A stretch of 64,000 nt of DNA from an uncultured Phycisphaerales bacterium. GTDB lineage: Bacteria; Planctomycetota; Phycisphaerae; Tepidisphaerales; Tepidisphaeraceae. The position numbers and the translations under genes were made by a program. The stretch lies in assembly GCA_963755915.1 (NCBI GenBank), contig CAVWLP010000002.1, positions 256,001 through 320,000 on the forward strand, given 5' to 3'. Below the pieces are notes generated by a model. That model worked only from the letters and a program-made list of their open reading frames with translations, searched no databases and had not been told where the DNA came from. Below are positions 49,255-59,986 of this stretch, in pieces; positions within the stretch are counted from its first letter, which is position 1, and each line of letters opens with the position of its first letter.

Positions 49255-50009
49255 TCATTGGCCCGGCGATTCTTCCTGGTCGACTTCGCTGGCGTTGTAG
49301 TGGAGATAGCGTTCCTTCATCCATCTGACGCCAAAGAGATCGACGAGGCCGCGCCAGGCGCGGTTGCGGAAGCCGTATTTGGCGGTGCCGGCAAAGCGGC
49401 GGAATGCTTGACGGGGGTTTCGAGGACTTTATAGCCGCGCATTTTTACCAGCGTCGGCATGAAGCGGTGGGCGCCGGTGAAGAGGTGGATGCCGTCGAGG
49501 CAATGACGGCGATAGACCTTGAGGCTGCTGGCGGAGTCGTTGATGGTTTCCTTGCTGATCCAGTTTCGAATGCGGTTGGCCATGCGGGTTTGGAAAAGGC
49601 GGAAGGCGCTGTCCTGGCGGTGCTTGCGCCAGCCGGTGATCATGTCGTTGCCGTCGAGCATGGGGAGGAGGCGGCTGATTTCTTTGGGGTCGTTTTGCAG
49701 GTCGGCGTCGATGGTGGCGATGATCTGGCCCTTGGCGGCTTTGAAGCCGGCGTCGAAGGCGGCGCTTTGGCCGCAGTTCCTGGCCATGCGCACGACGCGG
49801 AGCCAGGGGCGGGTTTTCATCGCTTCGGATAAGAGGCGCGGGGTGTCGTCGGTGCTGCCGTCGTCGATGATGAGGACTTCGAAGGATTTGTTGGTGAGGC
49901 GCATGGCCGGCTCGATTCGGCGAAGAAGCTCGGGGACGACTTCCTGCTCGTTAAACGCCGGGATCACGAGGGATAGTTCGATTGGGGATAATTCGATTGG
50001 GTCGGTCAT
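49255..50009 (-). CDS. GT2 polyprenol-phosphate glycosyltransferase (ArnC/DPM-like; apparent frameshift near 49400)
   Basis: VIPAFNE, DDGSTD, GQSAA, DADLQND, HRFMP; +1 frame AGTAKYGFRNR. Confidence 0.88.
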
Positions 50010-50034
50010 TTCCTGATTTGAGAATAACTCAGGC

Positions 50035-50820
50035 TTAAGTAAATGTCTCCGGAGGGGGGTTTTGTGACAGTTTACTTGTGAATGGCGATGGATTCGTGGA
50101 AAGGCCCTCACCCCTGCCCTCTCCCGGAGTACCGGGAGAGGGAGAAAGAGGAGTACCAGGGGAGGGGATAAAGAGGCAGAAGCGGACGATTTTTTCGGCG
50201 GCGAGGGCGACGGTGCAACCCAAAGCCGCGCCGGCCACCACGTCGCTGGGATAGTGGGCGTTTTCGCAGACTCTTTCCACGCCGACGATGATCGCCAGCG
50301 TCCACCAGAGGATGCGCTGGCGGGGGGCGACGATGGTGAGACTCATGGCCATGGCGAAGGCGAGGCTGGCGTCGCCCGAGGGGAAGGAGAAGCTGGCCTC
50401 GGCTTCGATCAGGCCTTTGCCGAAAGGATGGAGCTGGAAGGGAGGCACGCCGTGATATGGACGGATTCGGCCGATGGACCATTTCAGAAAAACGTTGGTG
50501 CCGGAAAGAATTCCGGCGAGGAGGACGATGGCGGGTTTTTCCCAGAGGTCGCGTCCGCGGCGGATTCCGGCTTTCCAGGGGAGCCAGAGGAGGACGGCGC
50601 AGGCGGCGATGGTGTAAAGAAAGTGGCCGGGCTTGCGGATGGTGAGGGAGATAAAGAGATGCTCCTTGAGCCAGGGGGCGATGCCGCTGGTGTGGGCGAG
50701 GGTGGAGAGGGGAATGTCGAGGAACAGAGCGGCCACGAATGCCACGGCAAATGCTGCCACGGCGATCCAAATGCGGCCTGCGCCTTTCTTTTCGGCCAGT
50801 AGATCGGGCTGAACAGACAC
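50035..50820 (-). CDS. PAP2 family phosphatase
   Basis: K....R.RP, SFPSGD, ERV...HYPSDV. Confidence 0.88.
   Translation of the reverse strand: MSVQPDLLAEKKGAGRIWIAVAAFAVAFVAALFLDIPLSTLAHTSGIAPWLKEHLFISLTIRKPGHFLYTIAACAVLLWLPWKAGIRRGRDLWEKPAIVLLAGILSGTNVFLKWSIGRIRPYHGVPPFQLHPFGKGLIEAEASFSFPSGDASLAFAMAMSLTIVAPRQRILWWTLAIIVGVERVCENAHYPSDVVAGAALGCTVALAAEKIVRFCLFIPSPGTPLSPSPGTPGEGRGEGLSTNPSPFTSKLSQNPPPETFT
50104..50168 (+). repeat. REP-like family A copy within the PAP2 3' end
   Basis: GCCCTCACCCCTGCCCTCTCCCGGAGTACCGGGAGAGGG plus a partial unit. Confidence 0.85.
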
Positions 50821-50925
50821 GATTCACCGATGATCGAAGGGGCTGGGCTAAAGTCAAGGTTTCGTCGCGGCGGGCGGTTCTGGAAAATGAGGCGAATCGG
50901 TGGTGGGGTTGTACTATTATTCCAC

Positions 50926-52286
50926 ATGCAATCTATGAATCCCGCGACCGGGCAGGTGATAGCGTCTTATCCGGATCACACGCCGGAGGAGATTGAGAAG
51001 CGGCTTGGGGTTGCTGAAGCGGCTTTTGCGGAGTGGCGGGAGACGCCGCTTGCGGCGCGATCGGAGCTTTTCCGTCGGCTGGCGGCGTGTTTGAGAAAAT
51101 CGAGGGATTCGCTTTCGCGGACGATGACCGCGGAGATGGGCAAGCCGATCACCGCGTCGGAAGGCGAGGTGGAAAAGTGCGCGGGGGCTTGCGAATATTT
51201 CGCCGATCATGCGGGGGAATTTCTGGCGCCCAAAACGATTTCGTCGGATGCGTCGGAAAGTTTCGTGCGGTTTGATCCGATCGGGCCAGTGCTGGCGATC
51301 ATGCCGTGGAATTTTCCGCTCTGGCAGGTGATTCGATTTGCGGCGCCGGCGCTGATGGCGGGAAATGTGGGGCTGCTCAAGCATGCGCCGAATGTGCCGG
51401 GGTGTGCGATTGCGCTTGAGATAGTTTTTGCCGAAGCGGGATTTCCGGCCGGGGTTTTTTCGGCGCTGCTTATCTCCGACAACGCGGCGGCGGAGAATCT
51501 GATTTCGCACAATGCGGTTCGCGCGGTGACGCTGACCGGCAGCGAGCGCGCGGGCCGGGCGGTTGCTTCGGCAGCGGGGCGCGCTTCAAAAAGACCGTCA
51601 TGGAGCTTGGGGGATCGGACCCGTTCATCGTTCTGGCGGATACGGATATTGCCACCGTCGCGGCGCGTGCTGCCGAATCGCGCTGCATCAACAACGGGCA
51701 GAGTTGTATCGCGGCCAAGCGGTTCATCGTTGAGCGGGCGATTCTGGGCGAATTCGAAGGGGCGTTCATCGCGGCGATGGCGGGGATGAAAATCGGCGAC
51801 CCGATGGATCGGGCGACGCAGATCGGCCCGCTTGCCCGGCTCGATCTTCTGGAAACCCTTCACGACCAGGTTCGGCGGAGCATCGCCAAGGGGGCGAAAT
51901 TGAAATTGGGGGGGAAGCGCTGGGGCGACAAAGGATATTTTTATGAGCCGACTGTGCTGAGCGACGTTGGGCCCGGCATGGCGGCTTTTGATGAGGAGAC
52001 GTTCGGGCCGGTCGGGGCTGTCGTGGCCGCCGAGGATGCGGATGAGGCGGTCGCTCTCGCGAACGCGTCGCGGTATGGGCTGGGGGCGAGCATCTGGTCC
52101 AATAATCTGCAAAAAGCCCAATCGCTTGCTGCCCGGATTGAATCGGGGTCCGTTTTCATCAACGGGATCGTGAAATCGGACGCGCGGCTGCCGTTTGGCG
52201 GCGTGAAAAACAGCGGGTGGGGAAGGGAGCTGGGGTGTTTTGGGATTCAGGAGTTTGTAAACATCAAAACGGTGTGGGTTAAATGA
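50926..52286 (+). CDS. NAD(P)-dependent succinate-semialdehyde dehydrogenase (apparent frameshift near 51585)
   Basis: MPWNFPLWQ, LTGSE, ELGGSDP, GQSC, ETFGP, PFGGVK.SG.GRE. Confidence 0.9.
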
Positions 52287-52394
52287 CGTGAGTCGGTTCG
52301 CGCGGTGAGTTAGCTCTTTTAACTTAATGTGGAAATCCCTGACGCCACAGGGTCTAATATCCCGTCGATAGAGTCAGGGGCCAAAGGAATATCG

Positions 52395-53529
52395 ATGTTT
52401 CGTCAAATGATCGTTGGTCTGTTTGCGGCCGGTTTTGTGGGTATGGCGGTGGTTTCCGGGTGCAATCGCGCCAGCGCCTCGGGCGGGTTTCAGATGCCGC
52501 CGCCGCAGGTGACGACGGCGCCCGTTGTGTTTCAGGATGTGCCGTCTTATCTGGATGAGATTGGGCGGACGACCGCGACGGAGGCCGTGAACATCGTGCC
52601 GCAGGTTTCGGGGCAGATTATTGAGCGATATTTTGAGGATGGGGCCGATCTGAAAAAGGGGCAGAAACTTTTCCTGATTGCGCAGACTCCGTTCGAGGCG
52701 CTTTTGGATCAGGCCTTGGCCGCGCGAGCAGGCTCAGGCCCAGCTCGAAAATGCGAAGACGAATTTCGATCGTGTCGCCAGCGAGCTGCCGAGCAAGGCC
52801 GTCTCCCAGCAGGACTACGACAACGCGAAGAACACCGTCGATGTCGGCCAGGCGAATGTGAAGGCGGCGCAGGCGCAGATCGAAACCGCGAAGTGGAATC
52901 TGGACAACTGCTCGATCGTTTCCCCCACCGACGGGCGAGCGGGGCAGCGGCTGGTTGACGTGGGCAACGTGGTGATGGCCAACAATACGAACCTCTTGAG
53001 CGTTCAGAAGATCGTGCCGATTTATGTGGATTTCACGGTGCCGGAGGATCAGCTCGACAGCGTGCGCGAGAATCTGGCGAAGGGGCCGCTGAAGGTGATT
53101 GTCAGTACGCCGGACCTTCCGGATCGGCAGATCGAGGGGAGCGTGAATTTTCTGGACAACTCGGTTCAGGACGGCACGGGAACGATTCGGCTGCGGGCGA
53201 CGGTTGCGAATTCGAATCGGCAGCTCTGGCCCGGTCAGTTTGTGAATGTGCGTTTGATCCTTACGACGTTGAACCACGCGATGTTGATCCCCAATGAAGC
53301 CGTGCAGATCGGGCAGCAGGGGCCGTTTGTGTTCATCGTGGGAAGCGACAACAAGGCGGATCAGCGCGATGTGACGCCGGGGCAGAGGCAGGGGGATATG
53401 GTGGTGATTACCAAGGGGTTGAAGGGTGATGAAAGCATTGTGCGCACGGGGCAGTTCATGCTGAATCCGGGAATGCAGGTAATCATTGTGAATGCCGCGG
53501 CGCCTTCCGCGCCGGGAGCCGGTACATGA
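52395..53529 (+). CDS. RND efflux periplasmic adaptor, MdtA-like (apparent frameshift near 52720)
   Basis: Lipoprotein signal; PQVSG, SPTDGRAG.RLVDVGN, LWPGQFV. Confidence 0.88.
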
Positions 53530-56500
53530 ATCTCTCCGAGCCGTTTATTCGTCGGCCGGCGATGACGACGCTGCTGACGGTCACGTGCATTTTGTTTGGG
53601 GTGATGGCGTATCGCGCGCTGCCGGTGAACGATCTGCCGGCGGTGGATTACCCGGTGATCCAGGCGACGGTGAGTTATCCGGGGGCGAGCCCGCAAACGA
53701 TGGCGGCGAACTGCGCCACGCCGCTGGAAAAGCAGTTCATGCAGATTCCGGGGCTGCAGGTTGTGACCAGCTCGAGCCAACAGGGGATTACGAATTTCGT
53801 TCTTCAGTTTGATCTGAGCAAGAGCATCGACGCGGCGGCGACGGATGTACAGGCGGCGATTACGCAGGCGCAGGGGAGCTTGCCGACGGATTTGCCATCG
53901 CCGCCGACGTTTACCAAGACGAACCCGAACGATCAGCCGATTCAGTACATCGCGCTGACGAGCAATTCGGTGACGGCGGGGCAGATTTACGATTATGCGA
54001 GCACGGAGGTTTCGCAGCGGATGAGCATTCTTCCGGGCGTTTCGCGGGTGGCGGTGTATGGGTCGAAGGCGGCGGTGCGGATCGACGCGAATCCATCGGC
54101 GCTGGCGATTCGCGGGATGACGATGAACGACCTCGCGACCGCCATTCGCGCGGGGACCAGTTACCAGGGCGCCGGGCAGTTTGACGGGCCGCACATGACC
54201 TTCCTGCTTCAGCCGCAGGGGCAACTGAATGACGCGGAAGACTATCGCAAGCTGGTGATCGCTTTCCGCGGTGGGAATCCGGTTTATCTGGGAGACGTGG
54301 CGCAGGTGAAGGACACCGTCGAAGACGAGCGGATGAACATGCACTTCTGGGTGCGCGATGTCACCGTTCCGACGGCCACGGTCGTCCTGGCGGTTTTTCG
54401 GCAGGCGGGGTCGAACGCGGTCGAGGTGGCCAAGAGCGTGCGCGATCTGATCCCGGTAATTCAGACCCAGCTTCCGCCATCGGTGAGACTGACGCTGATT
54501 TACGACCGGTCGGCATCGATCGTCAATTCGGCCAAGGACGTGCAGGAGACGCTGGTGATTGCGTTTGTCCTGGTCGTGTTGGTGATTTTCGCCTTCCTGG
54601 GGCGGGCGGCGGATACGCTGATTCCGGTCGTGGCGCTGCCGCTTTCGCTGCTGATCACGTTCATCGTGATGCAGATGCTGGGGTACAGCCTGGACAATCT
54701 TTCGCTTATGGCGCTCACGCTGGCGATTGGATTTCTGGTGGATGACGCCATTGTGTTTCTGGAAAACACGGTGAGCCGGATGGAGCATGGGGAGGGGCCA
54801 TTGGTGGCCTCGATCAACAGCGCCAAGCAGATCAGCTTTACGATTTTGTCGATGACGATTTCGCTGGCGGTGGTGTTTTTGCCGCTGGTGTTCATGCCGG
54901 GGCTGGTGGGGCGAATCTTCCGCGAGTTTGCGATTACGATCGTTGTTTCGATCTTCGCATCGGGCATCGTTTCGCTGACGCTGACGCCGATGATGTGCTC
55001 GCGCATGCTGGCGATGCGCGGCAAGGAGCATCACAAGACGCTCATGGAGCGGATCGGCAACTATGTCATCGACCGGGTGCTGACGGTCTATGGAGATTCG
55101 CTCACCTGGTTCCTGAACCACCGGCCGATCTCGCTGATCATCTGGATCGCGACGCTGGTGGGGACGGTCTGGCTGCTGATGAATATTCCCAAATCATTTT
55201 TGCCGATTGGGGACAGTAGTTTGGCGTTTGGAGTGATGATTGCCAAGCAGGGAGCGTCGCCCGAGCAGATGCATACGTACCAGGACCAGGCGGACAAGAT
55301 CATTCGGGCCGATCCGGCGGTGCATGTGAGCTTTACGCTGACGGGGCTGTCGCAGTTTCTGCCGCCGAACCAGGGATTTCTGATTGCGTTTTTATATCCC
55401 CCGACCCAGCGGCCGCCGATTGCAATGGTTACCGGCATGTTAATGGGGAAGCTGCATGCGGTGCTGAATACGCTTTCGGTGATGACGCCGCAGCCGGTGC
55501 TTCAGATCAGCACGGGGGCGACGGCAACGCAATTGGGCGACAATGCCTATGCCGTCTCCGGCATCGACAGGGATGAGGTCGATCTGACGGCGATGAAAAT
55601 GATGGGGGCGATGTCGAAGTTTACCTATAACGGGCACATGGGGTTCGCGAGCATTCAGCCGGACCTTTATAACGAGACTCCGTTCCTTCAGATCGACATT
55701 TTGCGCGATCAGGCGTCGACCTACGGCATCTCGGCGACGGCGATCGAAAACACGCTGAGCCAGGCTTATTCGCAGAACTATGTCTACCTGATCAAGAAAC
55801 CGGAGGATCAATTCCAGGTGATTCTTGAGACCAGCGCGAGTGATCGGTCGCTGCCGATGGATCTTTCGCTTCTGTACGTTCGCACGGACGACGGGCAGCG
55901 GATCGTGCCGCTGTCGGCGGTGGCGAAGTGGCATGAGATTCTTGGGCCGCAGTCGGTGAATCACATCAATCAATTTGCGTCAGTGACGATTTACTTTAAT
56001 CTCCCGCCCGATGTGCCACTGAGCGCGGCGACGGATTATATTAACAAGGCGGCGGCAACGATCGTTCCGGCGGGAATTCGCGGGAGCCTGCAGGGCAAGG
56101 CCAAGGACTTCGCCGATACGATTTCGTCGCTGGCGATTTTGATGCTACTGGCTGTATTCGTGATGTATGTCGTGCTGGGCATTCTTTACGAGAGCTACAT
56201 TCATCCGATCACGGTGCTGTCATCCCTGCCGGTCGCACTCGTTGGCGGTTTGCTCACCCTCTTCCTCTTCGGCGAAGAGGCGTCCCTCTACGCCTACATC
56301 GGCATGTTCATGCTCATGGGGATCGTCAAGAAAAACGGCATCATGATGATCGACTTCGCGCTTCAGCGCATGGCCCAGGGGCAGAACAGCGTGGACGCGA
56401 TCCACGACGCCAGCATGAACCGCTTCCGGCCGATCATGATGACGACGCTGGCGGCCCTAATGGGGGCGTTGCCGATTGCGCTGGGGTTTGGCGCGGATGG

Positions 56501-56756
56501 TGCTTCGCGCCGGCCGCTGGGGCTCGTGATCGTCGGCGGGTTGATCGTTTCGCAGTTCATTACGCTCTACATCACGCCGGTGATTTACCTTTACCTGGAG
56601 CAATTCCAGGAGCGGGTGCTGAATCGCACCAGCTTTTTCCATTCCGTTCGCCATGTCACGGCCGAAGGCGTCGCCGTCATGGGCCACGACGTGAATGGAA
56701 ATGGCAACGGTGCAGGCGCGGAATCTCCTGAAGCACAGATCACCTCTCATAAATGA
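53526..56756 (+). CDS. RND efflux permease (MdtB/MdtC-like)
   Basis: FIRRP, LP.VDYP, GFLVDDAIV, GIVKKNGIMMID, RFRPIMMTT. Confidence 0.95.
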   Translation: MNLSEPFIRRPAMTTLLTVTCILFGVMAYRALPVNDLPAVDYPVIQATVSYPGASPQTMAANCATPLEKQFMQIPGLQVVTSSSQQGITNFVLQFDLSKSIDAAATDVQAAITQAQGSLPTDLPSPPTFTKTNPNDQPIQYIALTSNSVTAGQIYDYASTEVSQRMSILPGVSRVAVYGSKAAVRIDANPSALAIRGMTMNDLATAIRAGTSYQGAGQFDGPHMTFLLQPQGQLNDAEDYRKLVIAFRGGNPVYLGDVAQVKDTVEDERMNMHFWVRDVTVPTATVVLAVFRQAGSNAVEVAKSVRDLIPVIQTQLPPSVRLTLIYDRSASIVNSAKDVQETLVIAFVLVVLVIFAFLGRAADTLIPVVALPLSLLITFIVMQMLGYSLDNLSLMALTLAIGFLVDDAIVFLENTVSRMEHGEGPLVASINSAKQISFTILSMTISLAVVFLPLVFMPGLVGRIFREFAITIVVSIFASGIVSLTLTPMMCSRMLAMRGKEHHKTLMERIGNYVIDRVLTVYGDSLTWFLNHRPISLIIWIATLVGTVWLLMNIPKSFLPIGDSSLAFGVMIAKQGASPEQMHTYQDQADKIIRADPAVHVSFTLTGLSQFLPPNQGFLIAFLYPPTQRPPIAMVTGMLMGKLHAVLNTLSVMTPQPVLQISTGATATQLGDNAYAVSGIDRDEVDLTAMKMMGAMSKFTYNGHMGFASIQPDLYNETPFLQIDILRDQASTYGISATAIENTLSQAYSQNYVYLIKKPEDQFQVILETSASDRSLPMDLSLLYVRTDDGQRIVPLSAVAKWHEILGPQSVNHINQFASVTIYFNLPPDVPLSAATDYINKAAATIVPAGIRGSLQGKAKDFADTISSLAILMLLAVFVMYVVLGILYESYIHPITVLSSLPVALVGGLLTLFLFGEEASLYAYIGMFMLMGIVKKNGIMMIDFALQRMAQGQNSVDAIHDASMNRFRPIMMTTLAALMGALPIALGFGADGASRRPLGLVIVGGLIVSQFITLYITPVIYLYLEQFQERVLNRTSFFHSVRHVTAEGVAVMGHDVNGNGNGAGAESPEAQITSHK

Positions 56757-56896
56757 CGGATTGCCGAGTTTCGAATTTCACTTTAAAATTTCAGATTTGA
56801 GATTTCCCATTTTTTCTGAAACCCGCCGAGCCCGCCGCGCATATTGATTGCATCGGGAGCGCAAGGATCCTTCGAACCACCATCGGAGATCCCCCT

Positions 56897-58081
56897 ATGC
56901 CGGCCCAACCCACCGCCCGCTCGATTCTGCGGTCTTTCCTCGATTCCAACCCATTTTACCTGATCAGCGCCTGCTGCATGCTGGCAGGGTGTTTGGCGCT
57001 CACCAATTCGCTCTCCTGGCTGAGCATCTCCACCAATCGCCTTCTGGTGCTGATTACGACGCTTAACATTTATGAAGCGTCGGTCCTCGCGCTGGCCGCC
57101 TATCTGCTTCTTTATCGCGGGCTGCGCCACGACGGGATGATGCTGGTGATGGTCGAGGCGTTTTTCTTCATCGACATCACCTTCCTCAACGCGGAAATCT
57201 CCACGCAGAAATCGTGGATCGGGCCGCTGGTGGCGCTTTTGTGCTTCCTGGCGGCGATCGCGAAGCTGGCGGTCATCATGCGCATCCTCGGCGCCCGCCG
57301 GCGCTACGCGGAATTCGTCTTCATCCTGATCCAGATTGCCGGGATCCTTGCCCTGCCGATTCTTTTCGGGCGGACGCCGGACGGGCGGGTTTCGCCGATG
57401 GCGTTTTACGCGGGGTGGTGGATCGTGGGGCTCATGCCGGCGGTTTACAGGTTTCTCGCGCGATATCTGGCCTCGGATGGGGAGGCTTCGCCGCTGACGC
57501 CGTCCCTTATCGTCTTTACGGTTTTGCCGACGCTTTCGCTGGCGGCGCATCTTGGCATCCTGCACTACGTTTACGACGTGCCGTTTTACGGCGCGATGGC
57601 GGCGCCAGCGCTGCTCGCCCTGACGATGATTCTGAGCTTCGCGCAAAACTCGCTGCCGATGCCGCGCAAGGACATTGTGCTGCTGCAGATTCTTCTGCCG
57701 ATCGCGGCGATCATTGTCTCCGCGAGCTGTCCGGGCGAGCTGACGATTTACACCGGCCGCATCGGGCATGTCTTCGTCACGACGCTGCGGCTGACGACCA
57801 TCGCGGCTTATCTTGATCTGACGTACTGCTTCCTGCGGCCGTACTGGCTCTGGTCCCTAGCGGCCGGAGCGACGGCGATTCTCGCGATCGACTATGGCCC
57901 GACCGCCGATCAGATCGGCCACTGGTACGTTCGACTCTGGAACGCTTTTTTGAAAGAGGTGGTGGACCTGATTCCTACGACGCCGGAAAGCTGGGGGACG
58001 GTGCTGGTGGCCTTCGCGTTTATTTTTTTGGCGGTGGGGGCTATTGTCAGCCTCCGCAGATCACCCCCGCCCCCCGTGTAG
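56897..58081 (+). CDS. Polytopic membrane protein of unknown function
   Basis: About 11-12 hydrophobic segments; NPFYLISA. Confidence 0.75.
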   Translation: MPAQPTARSILRSFLDSNPFYLISACCMLAGCLALTNSLSWLSISTNRLLVLITTLNIYEASVLALAAYLLLYRGLRHDGMMLVMVEAFFFIDITFLNAEISTQKSWIGPLVALLCFLAAIAKLAVIMRILGARRRYAEFVFILIQIAGILALPILFGRTPDGRVSPMAFYAGWWIVGLMPAVYRFLARYLASDGEASPLTPSLIVFTVLPTLSLAAHLGILHYVYDVPFYGAMAAPALLALTMILSFAQNSLPMPRKDIVLLQILLPIAAIIVSASCPGELTIYTGRIGHVFVTTLRLTTIAAYLDLTYCFLRPYWLWSLAAGATAILAIDYGPTADQIGHWYVRLWNAFLKEVVDLIPTTPESWGTVLVAFAFIFLAVGAIVSLRRSPPPPV

Positions 58082-58121
58082 GCGAGGGCAGTCGTGTGTA
58101 ATCAAGCACGTTTTTTCCAAG

Positions 58122-58162
58122 GCCCTCACCCCAACCCTCTCCCGGCGTACCGGGCGAGGGGG
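58122..58162 (+). repeat. REP-like family A copy
   Basis: GCCCTCACCCCAACCCTCTCCCGGCGTACCGGGCGAGGGG. Confidence 0.85.
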
Positions 58163-58217
58163 TAAGAGGGGGGCGAGACTTGCCCGACGAGCCTCCTGCA
58201 AATAGATTACTCTTTCC

Positions 58218-58637
58218 ATGACCCTCACCCTCCTCGCCCAGCAGCAACCCCTCTCCCCCGTCGGCTCCTGGATGCCGGTCGTTTTGCTGATCATCATCGG
58301 CGTCGGCTTTTCCGCCATGAATATCGCCCTTTCCATCTGGGTCGGCCCCAGTCGAACCGGGCCCGGCAAGGAAACGACGTACGAAAGCGGGATGGTGCCC
58401 ATCGGGGACGCGAGAAAGCGGTTCAACGTCCGGTTCTATATCGTGGCCATGATTTTCCTGGTGTTCGACGTGGAAATCGTCTTTTTCTACCCCTGGGCCA
58501 CGATTTTCGCCCAGCATGTGCGCAAGGACACCAGCTCCAACGGCTGGATTCTGCTGATGGAAATGATCACCTTCGTGGTGATCCTGCTTGTGGCTTATAT
58601 TTACGCCTGGGGTAAAGGCGTATTTCGTTGGGATTAA
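58218..58637 (+). CDS. nuoA: NADH-quinone oxidoreductase subunit A
   Basis: YESGM, RFYIVAMIFLVFDVE..F.YPWA, KGVFRW. Confidence 0.95.
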   Translation: MTLTLLAQQQPLSPVGSWMPVVLLIIIGVGFSAMNIALSIWVGPSRTGPGKETTYESGMVPIGDARKRFNVRFYIVAMIFLVFDVEIVFFYPWATIFAQHVRKDTSSNGWILLMEMITFVVILLVAYIYAWGKGVFRWD

Positions 58638-58667
58638 TGCCGATATTTGTTCTATAATTGAGCACCC

Positions 58668-59237
58668 ATGGACACGCAGACGTTGCCCGACAATTTCCTG
58701 ACCACGCAGCTTAAGAAGGTCGTCAACTGGGCGCGGCGCAGCTCGCTTTGGCCGATGCCGTTCGCGACCGCCTGCTGCGGGATCGAGCTGATGGCGACTG
58801 CCTCGAGCCGGTATGACCTCGCCCGCTTCGGCGCCGAGGCGATGCGCTTCAGCCCCCGGCAGAGCGATCTGCTGATCGTCGCGGGGCGGGTGACCAGCAA
58901 GATGATGCCCGTGCTTCAGCATATTTATCAGCAGATGACCGAGCCCAAGTGGGTCATCAGCATGGGAGCTTGTGCGAGCACGGGCGGTGTGTTTGACGTT
59001 TATGCGACGATTCAGGGGATCGACCAGTTTATGCCGGTGGATGTTTACGTGCCTGGCTGCCCGCCGCGGCCGGAAACGTTGATCGAGGGGATCATGGCCA
59101 TCCAGCGGATCATCGACGAAGACGGGCTTCCGCCAGCGGGAAAGCGCCGGCCGCTGCAGTTGGCGATCGAGCCGAGCTATGCTCCGCACCCCCAGCCTGT
59201 GGGCATTCCTGTCACAATCGGCGGCAAGTCGCTCTGA
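58668..59237 (+). CDS. nuoB: NADH-quinone oxidoreductase subunit B
   Basis: [27 protein letters not shown]. Confidence 0.97.
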   Translation: MDTQTLPDNFLTTQLKKVVNWARRSSLWPMPFATACCGIELMATASSRYDLARFGAEAMRFSPRQSDLLIVAGRVTSKMMPVLQHIYQQMTEPKWVISMGACASTGGVFDVYATIQGIDQFMPVDVYVPGCPPRPETLIEGIMAIQRIIDEDGLPPAGKRRPLQLAIEPSYAPHPQPVGIPVTIGGKSL

Positions 59238-59252
59238 TCAATTCCAGCGCAT

Positions 59253-59300
59253 AAAAAAAGCGAGCTGCGAGAGATGGCTCCATCCGGCTCGCAAGCTCGC
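59253..59300 (-). terminator. Probable intrinsic terminator between nuoB and the convergent small genes
   Basis: Stem GCGAGCTGCGAG/CTCGCAAGCTCGC with an A7 run (U-tract on the minus strand). Confidence 0.65.
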
Positions 59301-59325
59301 TGCGTCATTAGCGATTCAAACACAA

Positions 59326-59550
59326 TTATCGATGCCAGTCGTTCGGATCGTCATGGAAGGTGTTGTGTTCGTCGGTCCACCCGCCGTGCCAGGCGTGGCT
59401 GTCGTCGTAGTATCCCTTGTGGTGATACCCCTGGGCATCCACGATATCGACCTGCTCGTGATCATGGCGATACATGCAGCCGCTGGAGAGGCTCATTAAA
59501 ACGCCGGCTGTCACGCTGGCCGCCACGACTCCTTGAAGAATGTTTCTCAT
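59326..59550 (-). CDS. Small His/Asp/aromatic-rich lipoprotein, paralog 1
   Basis: GAGGAG RBS; lipobox LSSGC; VDIVDAQGYHHKGYYDDSHAWHGGW...NDWHR. Confidence 0.75.
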   Translation of the reverse strand: MRNILQGVVAASVTAGVLMSLSSGCMYRHDHEQVDIVDAQGYHHKGYYDDSHAWHGGWTDEHNTFHDDPNDWHR

Positions 59551-59629
59551 GTCGCTTCGCTCCTCGCCAACAAAGTTGCGAGTTGCAAGCGGATTTGCTT
59601 GCAACTCGCAACTGGCAATTCACCCACAA

Positions 59630-59887
59630 TCAGCGGTGCCAATCGTTTCTATCCGCGTGATAGACGTGGCCGCTGTCGTAATATCCTCCGTGCCAATTAT
59701 GGTGATCGTCGTAATACCCATGATGGTGATATCCATAGGCATCGACGACGTCGACCTGGGCGCCGATAACGAAGCCGGGTGGCGGCGGCGGTCCTGGGGC
59801 CACGACGGTGGCCTCGCAGGCCCACAGCATCGACATCGCACCCACAGCCAGCATTGCCGTTGTCGCTTTGCGTAATGTGCTTCTCAT
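59630..59887 (-). CDS. Small His/Asp/aromatic-rich lipoprotein, paralog 2
   Basis: AGGAG RBS; lipobox LWAC; VDVVDAYGYHHHGYYDDHHNWHGGY...NDWHR. Confidence 0.78.
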   Translation of the reverse strand: MRSTLRKATTAMLAVGAMSMLWACEATVVAPGPPPPPGFVIGAQVDVVDAYGYHHHGYYDDHHNWHGGYYDSGHVYHADRNDWHR

Positions 59888-59986
59888 GTAAGCTCCTTTC
59901 TATGTAACAACGTACCTACAGAGTAAACCCCGGCGAGCTGAGCTGTGAACGGGCAAAATTAAGGTTTTTGGGCGGAGATTAAAGGA

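Noticed and set aside
53361-55121. Long Arg/Pro-rich antisense ORFs (also 3973-5004, 10169-11206, 17897-18940, 43559-44947)
   Set aside because: They are shadow ORFs of high-GC genes with no recognisable motifs.
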